A program made the translations under genes and the position numbers. Under the pieces are notes generated by a model. That model was given only the letters and a program-made list of their open reading frames with translations. It made no database searches and was not told the origin of the DNA. A stretch of DNA of 64,000 nt from Octopus bimaculoides (taxonomy: Eukaryota), in NCBI RefSeq assembly GCF_001194135.2, contig NC_068996.1, positions 37,816,095 to 37,880,094 of the forward strand. The letters run 5' to 3'. Positions 38,015-51,176 of the stretch are shown here, piece by piece; the stretch's first letter is position 1; each line of letters starts with the position of its first letter.

Positions 38015-40145
38015 CTCTATGCTATAAGTCTTTAAATCCAATATCGAGGTTGAAATCTCTTTTTTGAATATGACCTCTCAAAATAAAAATTTTAAAAAAA
38101 TTACAGTTATCCCAGTGCTAACATACCTTCTAAGCAAAAAAATTGGCTTATTATTATTCAATAAAATCTCCAATGTTAAGGAAGTTATGACATTTTAATA
38201 TTTATTCTTTGACTGTCCGAAACCAAAATAAAATTCATTAAATATTTATTCATCCATTATTAACCACTAATAAAACATGCTATCAGTTTCCACCATCCCT
38301 TCAATTCTCCTTAAGCAAATTATGCTGTAGCAGAAGCTTGGAGTGACTTTAGTATTGTATATGTAATTTTGTAAACATTAATTTCATGGATCCTCATCAG
38401 AAATATCAGGCATTAAATCAGGTGACTGATTATATTCATTGCAAGGCTCAACACCAGCAGTTGAGTACTTTAGTGCATTTAGCACTAAAGTTTGGTTCTT
38501 CACTACATGTTTTCCCAATTAGTCTTGGAGATAGTGAAAATACTAATTGGTATTGTCTCACTTCTTTTTAACAAGTCATGAAAAAACTAAATTGCCAGGC
38601 CTTGACAGAGGCCACAATGTTCACCTTCACTTTCTATATATGTAATCCTATCTTGTCAGGTGACTAAAAGAATCTTCTAGAGACACTGGAGTTTAAAGAC
38701 TTCCAGTGTCCTGTTTATTGGCTGCTCTGTGTCTGGGCACCCATGATAGATGCCCAGTAAAAGAGAACTTTGGCAGCACATTTCCAATGACTGCCCATTC
38801 TATTCTTTCTAAGCAGTTATCCCATATTAAAGATGTCTTTTACTGGACATCCACCATGGGTGCCCAGACACAAAGCAAGTGTGCCTATACAACAGGACAC
38901 AGTGTAGCTAGCCATAGTGGTTCATACAGAGGAGACTTGAATTACTCATGCAGACTAGATGACCAAACTGTTTTAGTTGATGCCTGTACAGTGTTTAGAA
39001 AGAATCAAGTGGGCAGTCATTGGAAATGGTGCTGCCAAGGTATCTATCAGACTTGGGAGAGTGTGACTGGTTGTACTGTTGCATCGAGGAAATGTTAAAG
39101 TGAGAAGGTGATGAAGATGACTTCAATTTTGTGATGTTAAATGATAGATGTAGCTATTTATAATCAGTAATAATGAGGTTGCCAGTGAGAAAGATATCAA
39201 ACAGTGTGTACTGGAATCATTTCTTAAGTCCATCAGTCAGGTTTTGATCACAATCTAGCTCGCCATAGTGATTCATACAGAGAAGACATGAGTCACACAT
39301 GCACACTACATGATCAAACCATTTTAGTTGATGCCTGTACAATACTGCAGGTGTTAGTTTTAACAGAAGGTTTATAGGTATGTAACTCTATCTTGTCAAG
39401 TGACTAAAAGAATCTTCTAGAAACACTGGATTTTAAAGACCCCCAGTGTCCTGTTCTATTGGCTGCACTTGCTCTGTTTCCGGGCACCCATGGTGGATGT
39501 CCAGTAAAAGACAACTTTGGTATGAGATAGCTGTTTAGAAAGAATCAAGTGGGCAGTCATTGGAAATGGTGCTGCCAAGTTATCTATCAGACTTGGGAGA
39601 GTGTGAATGGTTGTACTGTTGCATCAAGGAAATGTTAAAGTAAGAAGGTGATGAAGACATGACCTCAGTTATGTGTATTAATTGGCGGGCCTAATCATTT
39701 GTAAACTGTAATGACTGCCAAAATTGTAGTCCATACGTCTTCCAGAGTGGAGTGTGGTTTACCAGAACACAATTGTGCTCTAATACAAAGATATGTTCAT
39801 ATTAAGTACGGTGACAGTCTTGCAAATTTCTAATGTTCTAATGGTTCCAGTTGCATTGACTGTTATTTGTCTCCTGCATATGCAAGTATGTATGTTTGTA
39901 TGTATGTATGTATGTATGTATGTATGTATGTATGTATGTATGTATGCATGTAAAGATGTATGTATGTACTGTGTCTGTGTATATATGTGCGCATATGCAT
40001 GTATGTATGTGTGTATGTGTGCATGTATGTGTGTATGTTTGTGTGCATATATATTTGTGTATATATATGTGTGTATATATATGTGACCGCGTGTGTATCA
40101 TTGGTAATTTTCTGTTTCTGTCTTCCCTTCTTTGGACTTTTTCTA

Positions 40146-40217
40146 TATTTCTGATAAAGAGCTCCGCTCGAAACGTAAAACCCTCTTTCTTCTCTTTCCT
40201 TTCCTGAGCGTCCAATA
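40146..40217 (+). ncRNA. Hammerhead-like motif with G8A change
   Basis: tattt-CTGATAA-a-GAGC tcc GCTC-GAAA-CG [33-nt loop] CG-TC-caata. Confidence 0.6.
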
Positions 40218-40399
40218 ACACTGAACTTATTCCACGTCCTCGCGTTGTTGTTTTTTTCTTGCTTGTTCATGTTTGGATTGACTATATATGTATATATATA
40301 TGTGTGTGTGTATTTTATATATGTATGTATGTACGTATATATATGTATGTATGTACGTACACGCACACAAATACACAAATGTGTGGCCGATGATGTGCA

Positions 40400-41210
40400 G
40401 ACATGCACTGAGGCAGTGACATCTCCAACGTTTCCTCCATGGTTAGCTTGTGTGTTCGCCTTTTGTCAGACTCGCTTATCCGCAGCTAGTCTCTTTGACT
40501 GAACTGGATCAAGCATTAACCGAGTTAGGCTGCCAGGCAATTTCAGTGCCATTAGGCGTTCACACTCTCTGTCAGTCGGACACAGCAGACGGCCTGTTAT
40601 AGAGATTTAGTGACAGGCAAGTATGATGACGTTCTCGGGAAGACTGAGCATCGACGAGTATCAACTGGCTGGTCTGTCCCGGAGGACTTTCGAGCAGGGG
40701 CTCGTTGATAATTTCCAGAAATCTGCGCCCTATGCAATGCTACTGAAGGGCATTGCTGATTTAGGATAAAATCTACAGTCACTGAGTGCCATCAGCCAGG
40801 CCTACACGAAATGTGCGCAGGGTGACGAAACTGTTTCGCACGCGTCTAGTGCCGGAGCATTGCTGACTGATCTCGAATTGTCACGAGTAGGACGAATCCA
40901 GCTATCGGCTGAGTCCATTGTGATAATCGTCCTGTTGTCTTATTGTGATTGTGAAGGACAGGCAGTGTTTTATCTGTCTGTTGGACTTAGCAAAAGAGGT
41001 TGTGTGGTGGACCAATTTGTAAGGGCTGAAGATAGACACTTTCCTCTTTGTTCAAGCCCTCATTAACGTTTTCAAGTTTCACTTGAAAAAAAGGAAAGTG
41101 AAGGTAGAGACGCACGTGCTGCCTTCCAGAAAATTTTTGAAAGCTGGGTGAATGTGACAAGAATGATCCGAGTGAACGGACCTGTTCTGTGCATGCGACT
41201 GTAAAGAAAG
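40400..41210 (+). mobile_element. Tx1/L1-like LINE ORF2 3' fragment (zinc-finger region), decayed
   Basis: Frames LSIDEYQLAGLSRRTFEQGLVDNFQKS, QCY*RALLI*DKIYSH, KCAQGDETVSHA and AKEVVWWTNL*GLK...FKFHLK; 5' boundary uncertain. Confidence 0.7.
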
Positions 41211-41524
41211 TATGGATTGCTTAAGGATGATGAATGAAACATCCATGTTTCCAGATGTGAATTATCCAAACCCCCAAAAATTCCTCTCAACACATGGTTA
41301 TGATACTCCCCTATTACTTCTGCTTGTGATCAGAGATGCACATATCGTCAGCCACCAAGGGATATGCTCAACTGGTTAAGGTCAAACAACTGAGAAGCAA
41401 ATCTGTGGTATTGAGCAGAATATTTGCTGTAGGCCATCTTTTATACCAAGACAAAACAATGTACATGATAACACTTCCAATCAATTAAGATCAGAAGCCA
41501 TGAGGGCCAATGCCTGGTACTTAG

Positions 41525-41975
41525 GTGGTGAACTGTCAAAATCGTTATCGTGCCGGGCGAAATGCTTAGCTGCATTTCGTCCGTCTTCACGTTCTATGTT
41601 CAAATTCCGCCGAGGTCGACTTTGCCTTTCATCGTTTCGGGGTTGATGAAAATAAGTACCAGTTACGCACTGGAGTCGATGTAATCGACTAGCTCTTACC
41701 CACCCAACTTATGGGCCTTGTGTCCTTAGAAGAAAGGATTATTNNNNNNNNNNGTAGAAAGGATTGCTATTATTTTTATTAAGGCGGCGAGCTGGCAGAA
41801 TCGTTAGCACGCCGAGTGAAATGATTAGCGGCGTTTCGTCTGTCTTCACGTTATGGGTTCAAATTTCGGGATCGATAAATTAAGTACCAGTGAAACACTG
41901 GGGTCGATGTAATCGACTAGCTCTTACCCACCCAACTTATGGGCCTTGTGTCCTTAGAAGAAAGGATTATTATTA
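41525..41975 (+). mobile_element. Two tandem SINE family B copies separated by a 10-N gap
   Basis: aaggcggcgagctggcagaa head on the second copy; gagttcaaattcc-type B box; conserved core. Confidence 0.85.
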
Positions 41976-42880
41976 TTATTTTGAGTATAAACTGATGGCT
42001 TTTAGAGGTTTCAACTATATCTTTTGAAGAAATAAAGAAACTATTTAGCTTATCATTATTTCCTTTTTAAATTTGACGAAATATGTTTCCATGTATTTTT
42101 CTTCTTTTCAACGTTCTACAGATATACATTTTAACTATCTGCAGGAAATCCATTTAAATTTATTCAAAGTAAAATATTTCGTGAGAAGCGTTGATAGTTA
42201 CGGGTAGAGAATATTCCACCCTACTTATTTATGAGTCTGTTGTTTGACAAGATCTTAAGTCGTTTTGACATTTCCCCTGAGATATGATGATGCATCACTA
42301 TGTTTTAATAGGAAACGCCTGTCGTTGAGAATATTTCTCAAATAAATCATCCTTTCTCATAATAAAAATAAACAATAAAGAAGATGATAAATTTGTAATG
42401 TTATCTAATGTACACTGAGTTGACGCAATAAATAATATTTAAGAACTGGGGAAGTCGACATATTTTGTTGTGTCTGGAGAGTCATATTGTCTTAATGCCT
42501 TATTATCTAACACACACACTGGTTCGATTTTCGCTCATTCATTATTTATATTTTTTCTTTTCCAAAATTTTCGTTGCTCTTGCTTCAACACACGAATTCG
42601 CATAAAGAAACTTGTAAACCAGATACGAAAACGAAGTCGACATAATTAATTATAAAATCAACTCCACCACTTCCATCTTCACTCTGGTCCATGAAGGTGC
42701 AAAGTTTACTGCGGTGGTTCTCAACCGGGATCCATATGGCCCTTAGGGTTCCTTGGAGTTCCAAGATTTTGTTATTAAACTTTATCTGCAATAAATTGGT
42801 TATATTTCTACAATACACAAAAAATATTTTAATAATTGTTCTTATACAATTCCTAATATTTCATTATAAAAACATAATAA

Positions 42881-43287
42881 GAAGGCGGCGAGCTGGCAGA
42901 ACCGTTAGCACGATGGGCGAAATGCTTAGCGGTATTTCGTCTGTCTGTACGTTCTGAGTTCAAATTCCGCCGAGGTCGACTTTGCCTTTCATCCTTTCGG
43001 GGTCGATAAATTAAGTACCAGTTAGGCACTGGTATCGATGTAATCGACTTTATCCCTTTGTCTGTCCTTGTTTGTCCCCTCTGTGTTTAGCCCCTTGTGG
43101 GTAGTAAAGAAATAAGAAACGTTAGAACGCCGTGCGAAATGCTTAGCGGTATTTCGTCTGTCTTTACGATCTGAGTTCAAAGCCGAGGTCGACTTTGCCT
43201 TTCATCCTTGGGGATCGATAAATTAAGTACCAGTTGCGTACTGGGGGTCGATCTAATCGACCGACCCCCTCCCCCAAAATTTTGGGC
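42881..43287 (+). mobile_element. Two tandem SINE family B copies
   Basis: Full copy 42881-43112 followed by a 5'-truncated copy running into a gap. Confidence 0.88.
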
Positions 43288-43705
43288 NNNNNNNNNNNNN
43301 NNNNNNNNNNNNNNNNNNNNNNNNNNNNNNNNNNNNNNNNNNNNNNNNNNNNNNNNNNNNNNNNNNNNNNNNNNNNNNNNNNNNNNNNNNNNNNNNNNNN
43401 NNNNNNNNNNNNNNNNNNNNNNNNNNNNNNNNNNNNNNNNNNNNNNNNNNNNNNNNNNNNNNNNNNNNNNNNNNNNNNNNNNNNNNNNNNNNNNNNNNNN
43501 NNNNNNNNNNNNNNNNNNNNNNNNNNNNNNNNNNNNNNNNNNNNNNNNNNNNNNNNNNNNNNNNNNNNNNNNNNNNNNNNNNNNNNNNNNNNNNNNNNNN
43601 NNNNNNNNNNNNNNNNNNNNNNNNNNNNNNNNNNNNNNNNNNNNNNNNNNNNNNNNNNNNNNNNNNNNNNNNNNNNNNNNNNNNNNNNNNNNNNNNNNNN
43701 NNNNN

Positions 43706-43762
<57 letters not shown>

Positions 43763-44296
43763 TTTCCGCTACCAGACATTGTATGTGTGCTAGAAACTAA
43801 TATTATATAATTTAACAAGTATTTAAAATATTTGATATTTAATTAATTAAATATTTGAAAGCCTTTCGTAACGAACTATGTCAAACAAGAATTAGATAAA
43901 AGGAAAAAAAAACAAATAAACGGAGAAAAAACGGTAAGCGAAGACTGTGACACGGTTATTGTTTACAATTTAACCTTTCGCCTGTCCAAAGCATTTTGGT
44001 AAATTTGTCCAAAACATCCATGTTTGTTTTCAGAATTCTTGTAATTGGATGTTAATTTGGAGGATTACATACATACATACATACATACATAAATGCATAC
44101 ACACATACATACATGCATGCATGCATACATACATACATACACACACACATACATACATACATACATACATACATTCATACATACATACATATATAATACA
44201 TACATACATACATTCATACGTACATACATACATATGTACATACGTACATACATACATACATACATACACACGCACACATACACACACACACACATA

Positions 44297-46580
44297 CAGT
44301 AATCACTCGCCATATCGCGGTTCAACTATCGCACCTTCAGTACATCGCGGGTTTTTCTGGCTAATATATGTAAATTTATATCGCGGACTCCCCAGTTTAT
44401 CGCGGGTTTCTGCGGCCGATAGGTATTTATGTTTTTTTTTTTTTTTAGATTTTAATTATTTCCGTGGTAAAATAAGCATTTTCACGCCTAAAAATTAATA
44501 AATTTATAATTAAAAATACAGTTCAGTACTGCACTGTATACACATTAATTAAAATATATTAAAAGACAATATGTAGTGTACCAAAGATGAGTAAACAAAG
44601 AATCACATATACTGTATGGAAAACGAAACTCGGGAGGCGAGTGTGGGGTGTTGTTTTGCATTTGTGTGTAAAATTGTGTATATATTTCAAGCCCTACGAT
44701 GTCGTCCAAACGTTCTGCACCTTCTAAGGCTTCTGGCAGCGAACCCAAGCGCCAGAGGAAGATGCTTACTATAGCAGAGAAGGTGAGACTCCTCGACATG
44801 CTTAAGGAAGAGAGAAGGTATGCGAATGTAGGCTGCAATTACGACATCAATCGCTACACCAAGAAGGACGAGAAAAATATAAGGGCGACGGCAAATGTGA
44901 ATTTTAATAAGACAGCGAAAAGAGTGGTAACTTCCGGCAATAAGGACATCGTAATGATGTGGTCTCTTTGGATCAGTGACTGCAGGAAGAAGAACATTGC
45001 ACTCGATACTAACACCATCTCTGAGAAGGCGAGGCAGCTGTACGGCAAGTTTACGGGTGACGGTGACGACGACCCAGACGACTGTGAACCACTGCCATCT
45101 ACGGCACCTCCCACCAATTCAACCGAAATTAATGCCAACAAGAGCTGGTTTGATAAACTCCAAAGGAGGTTCAACATTAAGAGTATGTTCCTACATTGAG
45201 AAGCTGCTTCTCCTAACAAACCCGCCGCTGAGGAGTACGTGAACGAGACGTTCAAGACCATTGTCGAGGAAAGGGGATATTCACGTGAACAAGTTTTCAA
45301 TATGGATGAGACTGGCCTCTTTTGGAAACGGATGCTATCGCAGACTTCCATTATGAAAGAGGAGACCAAAGTCCCTCGATTTAAGGCGTACAAAGATCGC
45401 GTCATAATTATACTGTGGAAATGCTGTGGACTTTATGATGAAGCCAGAACTTATCTATAAGTCCAAAAACCCAAGGGCCCACAACAACAAAACTAAGAAC
45501 CTGCTGCCAGTGAATTGGATGGATGCACAACCAGAAGGCATGGATAACGAAACCACTGACATCGGATTGGTTTCACCAGTGCTTCATCCTCGAAGTCAAG
45601 GTTTTTTCTCGCTGAAAAAGGACTGGAAATCAAAATGCTTCTCCTAATGGACAATGCTGAAGGTCACGCTCTTGACCTGAGGTATGAGGGCATACAAATC
45701 GAATTCTTACCGCCGAACACCACATCTCTGATTCAGCCCAGGGATCAAGGCGTTATTCGTACTTTTAAGGCACTCTATAAGCGAAACTGCCTGCAACACC
45801 TGGTCGAAGCTATGGACTCGGATGATAACTTCTCGCTGAAAGAGTACTGGCGTGGGTACACCATTGCAACATGTCTCCAAAATGTTCAGAAGGTCATAAA
45901 GGAGATGAAGAACGAAACTTTGAACACCAGCTGGAAGAAATTGTGGCCAGAAACGGTCCACGACTATAAAGGATTCTCTCCTGACGAAATCCCGAACTCT
46001 GCAATAGATACGGCAGTGAAACTGGAAAAATTGCTAGGAGGAAATGGTTTCACCAATATGACTACCAAGGAAGTCAATAACTTGATCGCAACCGACTCAG
46101 ATCCGTTAACGGATAAAGATCTGACAGAGATAACGAAGTCAGCAAGTGAGGACGAAGAAGAATAACGAGAATCCAGGGGAATAAGAAGTCGGCTTATCAC
46201 TAGAACGCCTCTCAACTCTAGCAAAAATACCAACAGAACTTCAGAGAATGGTGGGAGATTGGGACCACCAGATGATTCGTGCGTTGCAGTTCAGAAATGC
46301 TATCGACGGAGCCATGGAAGTTTATAAAAACCTCCTCACACAGAAGAAAAGGCAACGCCTATCACTATGTTTCTCACCCGCAAAGAAGAGAAGACAGGGG
46401 TACTCCTAAGAGTGTGGGAAGAGTTTACAAAAGCTTAAGCATATAAAAAATAATAAAATAAATAAATACAAATTATAAAAGTAAAAAATAAAAATATACA
46501 GTACAGTACTGTTTCTACTTTGCGGATTTTCACCTATCGCGGGAGGTTTTCGAACAGTCGCGATAGTCGAGGGATCACAG
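44297..46580 (+). mobile_element. Full-length Tigger/pogo DNA transposon
   Basis: TA-flanked; TIR cagtaatcactcgccatatcgcg versus cgcgatagtcgagggatcacag; inserted in a (TACA)n tract. Confidence 0.9.
44699..46410 (+). pseudogene. Tigger/TIGD1-like transposase (CENP-B-type HTH plus DDE_1), disrupted by stops and frameshifts
   Basis: KRQRKMLTIAEKV, NKSWFDKLQRRF, QVFNMDETGLFWKRM, LLMDNAEGH, FLPPNTTSLIQP.DQGVIRTFKALY and SWKKLWP spread over several frames. Confidence 0.92.
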
Positions 46581-47231
46581 TACATATAAGCATGCTTGCG
46601 TGCATACATACATACATACATACATACATACATACATACATACATGCATGCATGCATACACACATGCATTTATACGTACGTACATACATACATACATACG
46701 TACATACATACAAGATAACATACATACATGCATGCATACATACATACATGCATACATACATACATGCATACATAATACATAAATGCATATATACCTACGT
46801 GCTTACATACATAAATGCATACACACGTGCATACATGTATACATACATACACACATACATAAATACATACATACATACAAGAATACATACATACATGCAT
46901 ACATGCATGCATACATGCTTACATACATAAATGCATACATACATACATGCATATATACATGCATACGTGCATACACACACACACGCATACACACACATAT
47001 ACATGCATACACACACACACACACATATACATGCGCGCGCACACACACTCACACACACACACACACACACATACACACACACACACACACACTCAGATTA
47101 GCCCTTATTCCATTCGTTCTGGGTAATATAAATCTTTCCTTTCATAAATCTCAAGCTATTCTCGAGGAACTTGAGAATACGTATTATACATGATGCATGG
47201 ACGCCAGGGAAATATATCTTCTGTAACACAT

Positions 47232-47652
47232 TTCTTACTTTCTTTCCTTCTTTTTTTCCTTCATTCTTCCTTCATTCTTTTCTTTCCTTCTTTATTTCTT
47301 TTTCTTTCCATCCTTCCTTCCTTTTTCCTTCTTTCTTTCTTCCTTTCCTTCTTGTTTCTTTCTTTTCTCCAATTTTTCCTTCCTCCATTCCTTCCTTCTT
47401 TCTTTGCTTGTTTCTTTCTTTTACTTTCTTTCTTTTTTCCACCTTTCTTTCCTTTTTCGTTTCTTTCTATTTTCTTTCCTTCTTTCCTTCTTCCTTTCTG
47501 TCTCTCTTTTCTTCTTTCTTTCTTTCTTTCTTTCTTTCTTTCCTTCTTTCCTTCCTTCCTTCCTTCCTTCCTTTTTTCCTTCTTTCCTAATTTCTTTGTT
47601 TCATTCTTTCCTTTCTTTCTTTTTTCCTTCCTCATTTCTTTATTTCTTTCCT

Positions 47653-47688
<36 letters not shown>

Positions 47689-47985
47689 ACTTTCTTTCTT
47701 TCTTCCCTTCTTTCTATCTTTCTCTTCTTCTTTCCTTCCTTCTTCATTTCTTTCTTTCTTTCCTTCTTTCCTTCCCTCCTTCTTTCTTCCTTCCTTCCTG
47801 CTTTCTTTCTTTCCTTCTTTTCTTTCTTTGTTTCTTTTTCTTTCTTTGTTTCTTTGTTTCTTTCTTTCTGTTTTCCTTCCTTCCTTCCTTCCTTCCTTCC
47901 TTTGTTTCTTTCTTTCTTTCTTTCTGCCTCCCTTCCTTTCTTTCTTTCTTCCTTTCTTTTCTTCTTTCTTTCCTTCTCTTTTTGT
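47232..47985. repeat. ~750-bp polypyrimidine (TTTC/TTCC)n tract
   Basis: Almost purine-free + strand. Confidence 0.95.
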
Positions 47986-48876
47986 TATTAAGTAATGATT
48001 TTGCCTCGTAGAGAAAAGAAACCCAGTAACATCGACAACATTTCAAAATTATTTTGGTAAACCTATACTGTCTCAAATCTTCTAGAATGTCATGAACATT
48101 AATTATTCCAATTTCAACCCCCACTTCTTCTCACCCTTCCCCAAAAATATAATGAATTTGTTTCATTAAAGCAAAAAAGAAAGAAAGAAAATAAGAAAGC
48201 AAGAGAGAGAGAGAATGAAAATATTTCAAAATCGTTTAAAGAAAGATAATTAATTAATTAATTTTTACTAATATATCACACGAGGACTTGGCGTTCAATT
48301 TTAATCAATGCAAAAGCGTATCTAAGAAGTCAGTTAGTTGTCTCACTTGAAGAAATAGCAGCGAAATCTCCCTCAAATAAACAGATTCCGAGTTAGATAA
48401 GTGAAGGGACAATGGTTTTTCTTTGTTGTAGATATAACTTACTCTGGTGGTGGTGGTCATGATTGCAATATTTGTCTTTGGGCAAAATAAAACCAACACA
48501 CTGTATTCTTATGAACCTCTCCACGTCTACCCTCATCACGCGAACCACGAACTTTCAGTATTACAAACTGAACATTTCCTGCACCAGTCAAGACAAGACA
48601 ATGAGGGAACCTCTATGATGTCAGTTGACCAGCTAGATATAGCAGTCGAACTTCCCTAAAAATCGGACCTTACCGTTTTTATAAGAAGTAGTAAGAACAC
48701 ATCTGATAATGTAGTCAGCCTTCATATTACCGTTACTGAATACTAAAAACAAGCAAAAAAAAGGGGGGGGGACAAAAACGAGTGGTCACAGTTGGAACGT
48801 CTTTGATCTTCTGTATGTTCTATCGAAGCTGAACTCGGGTTAAACAACACAACGACGATGACGACAGCAGCAACCA

Positions 48877-48908
<32 letters not shown>

Positions 48909-51111
48909 ACATCAACAACAGCAACAACAACAATAACAGCAATAACCAGAAACCAACCAACCAACCAACCAACCAGCCTACAATGAAACAGTCTTTCGGT
49001 TCTATTGACAAAGTATTTATGGAAACCATAATATACGAAGTTCCTTAGAATTTTTCTTTCAATGTACTCGAATTTTTGTTTGTTACAAGACTCTTTTAGT
49101 ATTCATTCGTTTTATTGAGAAGGAAGCGTGGTTCTCCATACTTTCAAAGTTCTCCTAGAACGACGCCATGTTTTTTGTCGGTTATCTCAGTTTTTGCTTA
49201 AACTGTGATCTTGCAGAATTTACTATCATTTGCACACATCGCCTTAGGTTTCTTAACCATACTTACAAAATACATTTGGCAGCAAGTATTCTTTGATAAG
49301 CTGTGGGTATTTCGGAGCAAGTTGCTTACATCTACCCTTACAAAATATCGGCGTTTGCAATACTTTTTTCTGAAATTCACACAGAATTTTTCAGAATGCA
49401 AGAGAACACACCAACAACCTTCCTTCATTTCCTGTTTGGAACTTAACCTTCAGAATCATTGTGCAAAAAATAAATAAATAGATAGACAGATAAATAAATG
49501 GATAAGAAAAATAAATAGATAGATAGATAAAAAAATAAATAGACAAATAAATGAATAAATAAGGAGAGAAAGAAACATGAAATTGCAAGTTTTAGCAATT
49601 TTTGCAGTTTCTGAATTCGCCTTCTCCACGCTGATATCTCTTTAATAAATAGATATACCAAAAATTTTATTTTTAAACTTGCAAGTGAATTCTACCGTTA
49701 TTCTATGTCTATCTAATATGAATTCTGGTGATGAGAATGTTGAAATTACAATTTAAATCCCTTCTTTTAATGACAAGCCTATAAATTCTAACTTACTGCA
49801 TATTGCCTGCCACAACCGCATAGAATAGGAATTACATTCGTATTTTGCATACATGCTTGCATGTGTATATACATATACACACATATGCATTTAAATCAGA
49901 ACCTATCTTTCTCTCTTTGATATANNNNNNNNNNNNNNNNNNNNNNNNNNNNNNNNNNNTATATATATATATATATATATATATGATCTGACTCACTGCA
50001 CTTCACATGTTGAAATTAGATATGGTGCATGGCGACGTAATTAGCAACATATAATCTGCAGCTGCGCACCAACAGATAGTAAGAGCTAACAATAAAAAAA
50101 AAACTGCATATTTACTCTAACCTATATTACTGAATCTACATCAAGGACATTGACTGCAACGTTATCAACAACATACTGTGCAACAGCATTATTCTGTTTA
50201 AAAATTGTGCAGCAGATATCGTACAATGCAGATCAGTCGTAGATACACCAGGCTACCACACCCAAATTCACGAAAATGGTTGCAACAGACTTTTAATTAT
50301 GCCGTGAAGAATACGGATACTGTATTAAAATTGATTAATGGAGAAGTAAATAGCTATGTGGTCGCTCGACTTGTGGGAAATAGTAGCAAAAATCCTTCCT
50401 CAAATTCCATCTTACTTTCTTAAATAAGGTAAGGAATATTAGATAATGTAATCCAGATATACATTATATCAGGAAAAAGATTACATTGTCACGGTTGGAA
50501 CGTCTTTGGTTATAAGTCTGCTCGATCGTTGCAGATCAGGGAATAAGCAAAACATATATATTGATTTTACTTGGTTAGGAAACAAAGACGGAATTTCCAT
50601 GTCCCCATTAGGGGATGTTTTTCGAGATGTTTGTTCATAGAGGCAGGATAGGTTTGGTGTAAAATGTCTAGGTTGTATGTAGATGATATCTATGTGAGGT
50701 TGTATCAGATGATGTTTCATGGGTAAAGGATACTTTAAATTGTATAGGAGTGAACATTGCTTGTGGTGACTGAGCAAATTGTTAATGCACAGACGGAATA
50801 AGTATATGGCACACCAAAGCTCTATTGTGTTCGTAAAAGAGAGTCTTTTCAATGTATCTTGCGGTGGTGCAATCAAGCGAGAGGTTTAAAACCTAAGAGG
50901 CGAGAGACGAGCGGAGCTCATCGTAGAGAGGCTTAGCCAAAAAAATACTAATTTCAGATACGATCACTGATGTCAAAAGCAATGACAATGCTCCCAAGAG
51001 AGGGACCACTGGTGGGTGTCATTGGACAGTAGGTCCCCAATGCCCAAGAGACTTAGTGTTGTAGAAGCCATTTGTACTGGCGGTGAGTGATGAAGGAGAA
51101 GGAGAGAGAGA

Positions 51112-51176
<65 letters not shown>

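Noticed and set aside
38375-38410. Minus-strand CTGATGAG...GAAAT
   Set aside because: No convincing stem II, stem III or stem I pairing
38706-39098. 130-aa Cys-containing ORF
   Set aside because: Crosses the inverted and duplicated blocks; the frame is not kept in the second copy
42280-42330. ATGATGA...CTAT/ATAG-GAAAC-gcct-GTC
   Set aside because: C3 is missing, the spacing is wrong and there is no stem I partner
46580-47095. HTYI/MYVC-type ORFs (also 39885-40090, 44065-44295 and 61580-61880)
   Set aside because: Translations of (TACA)n and (CA)n microsatellites
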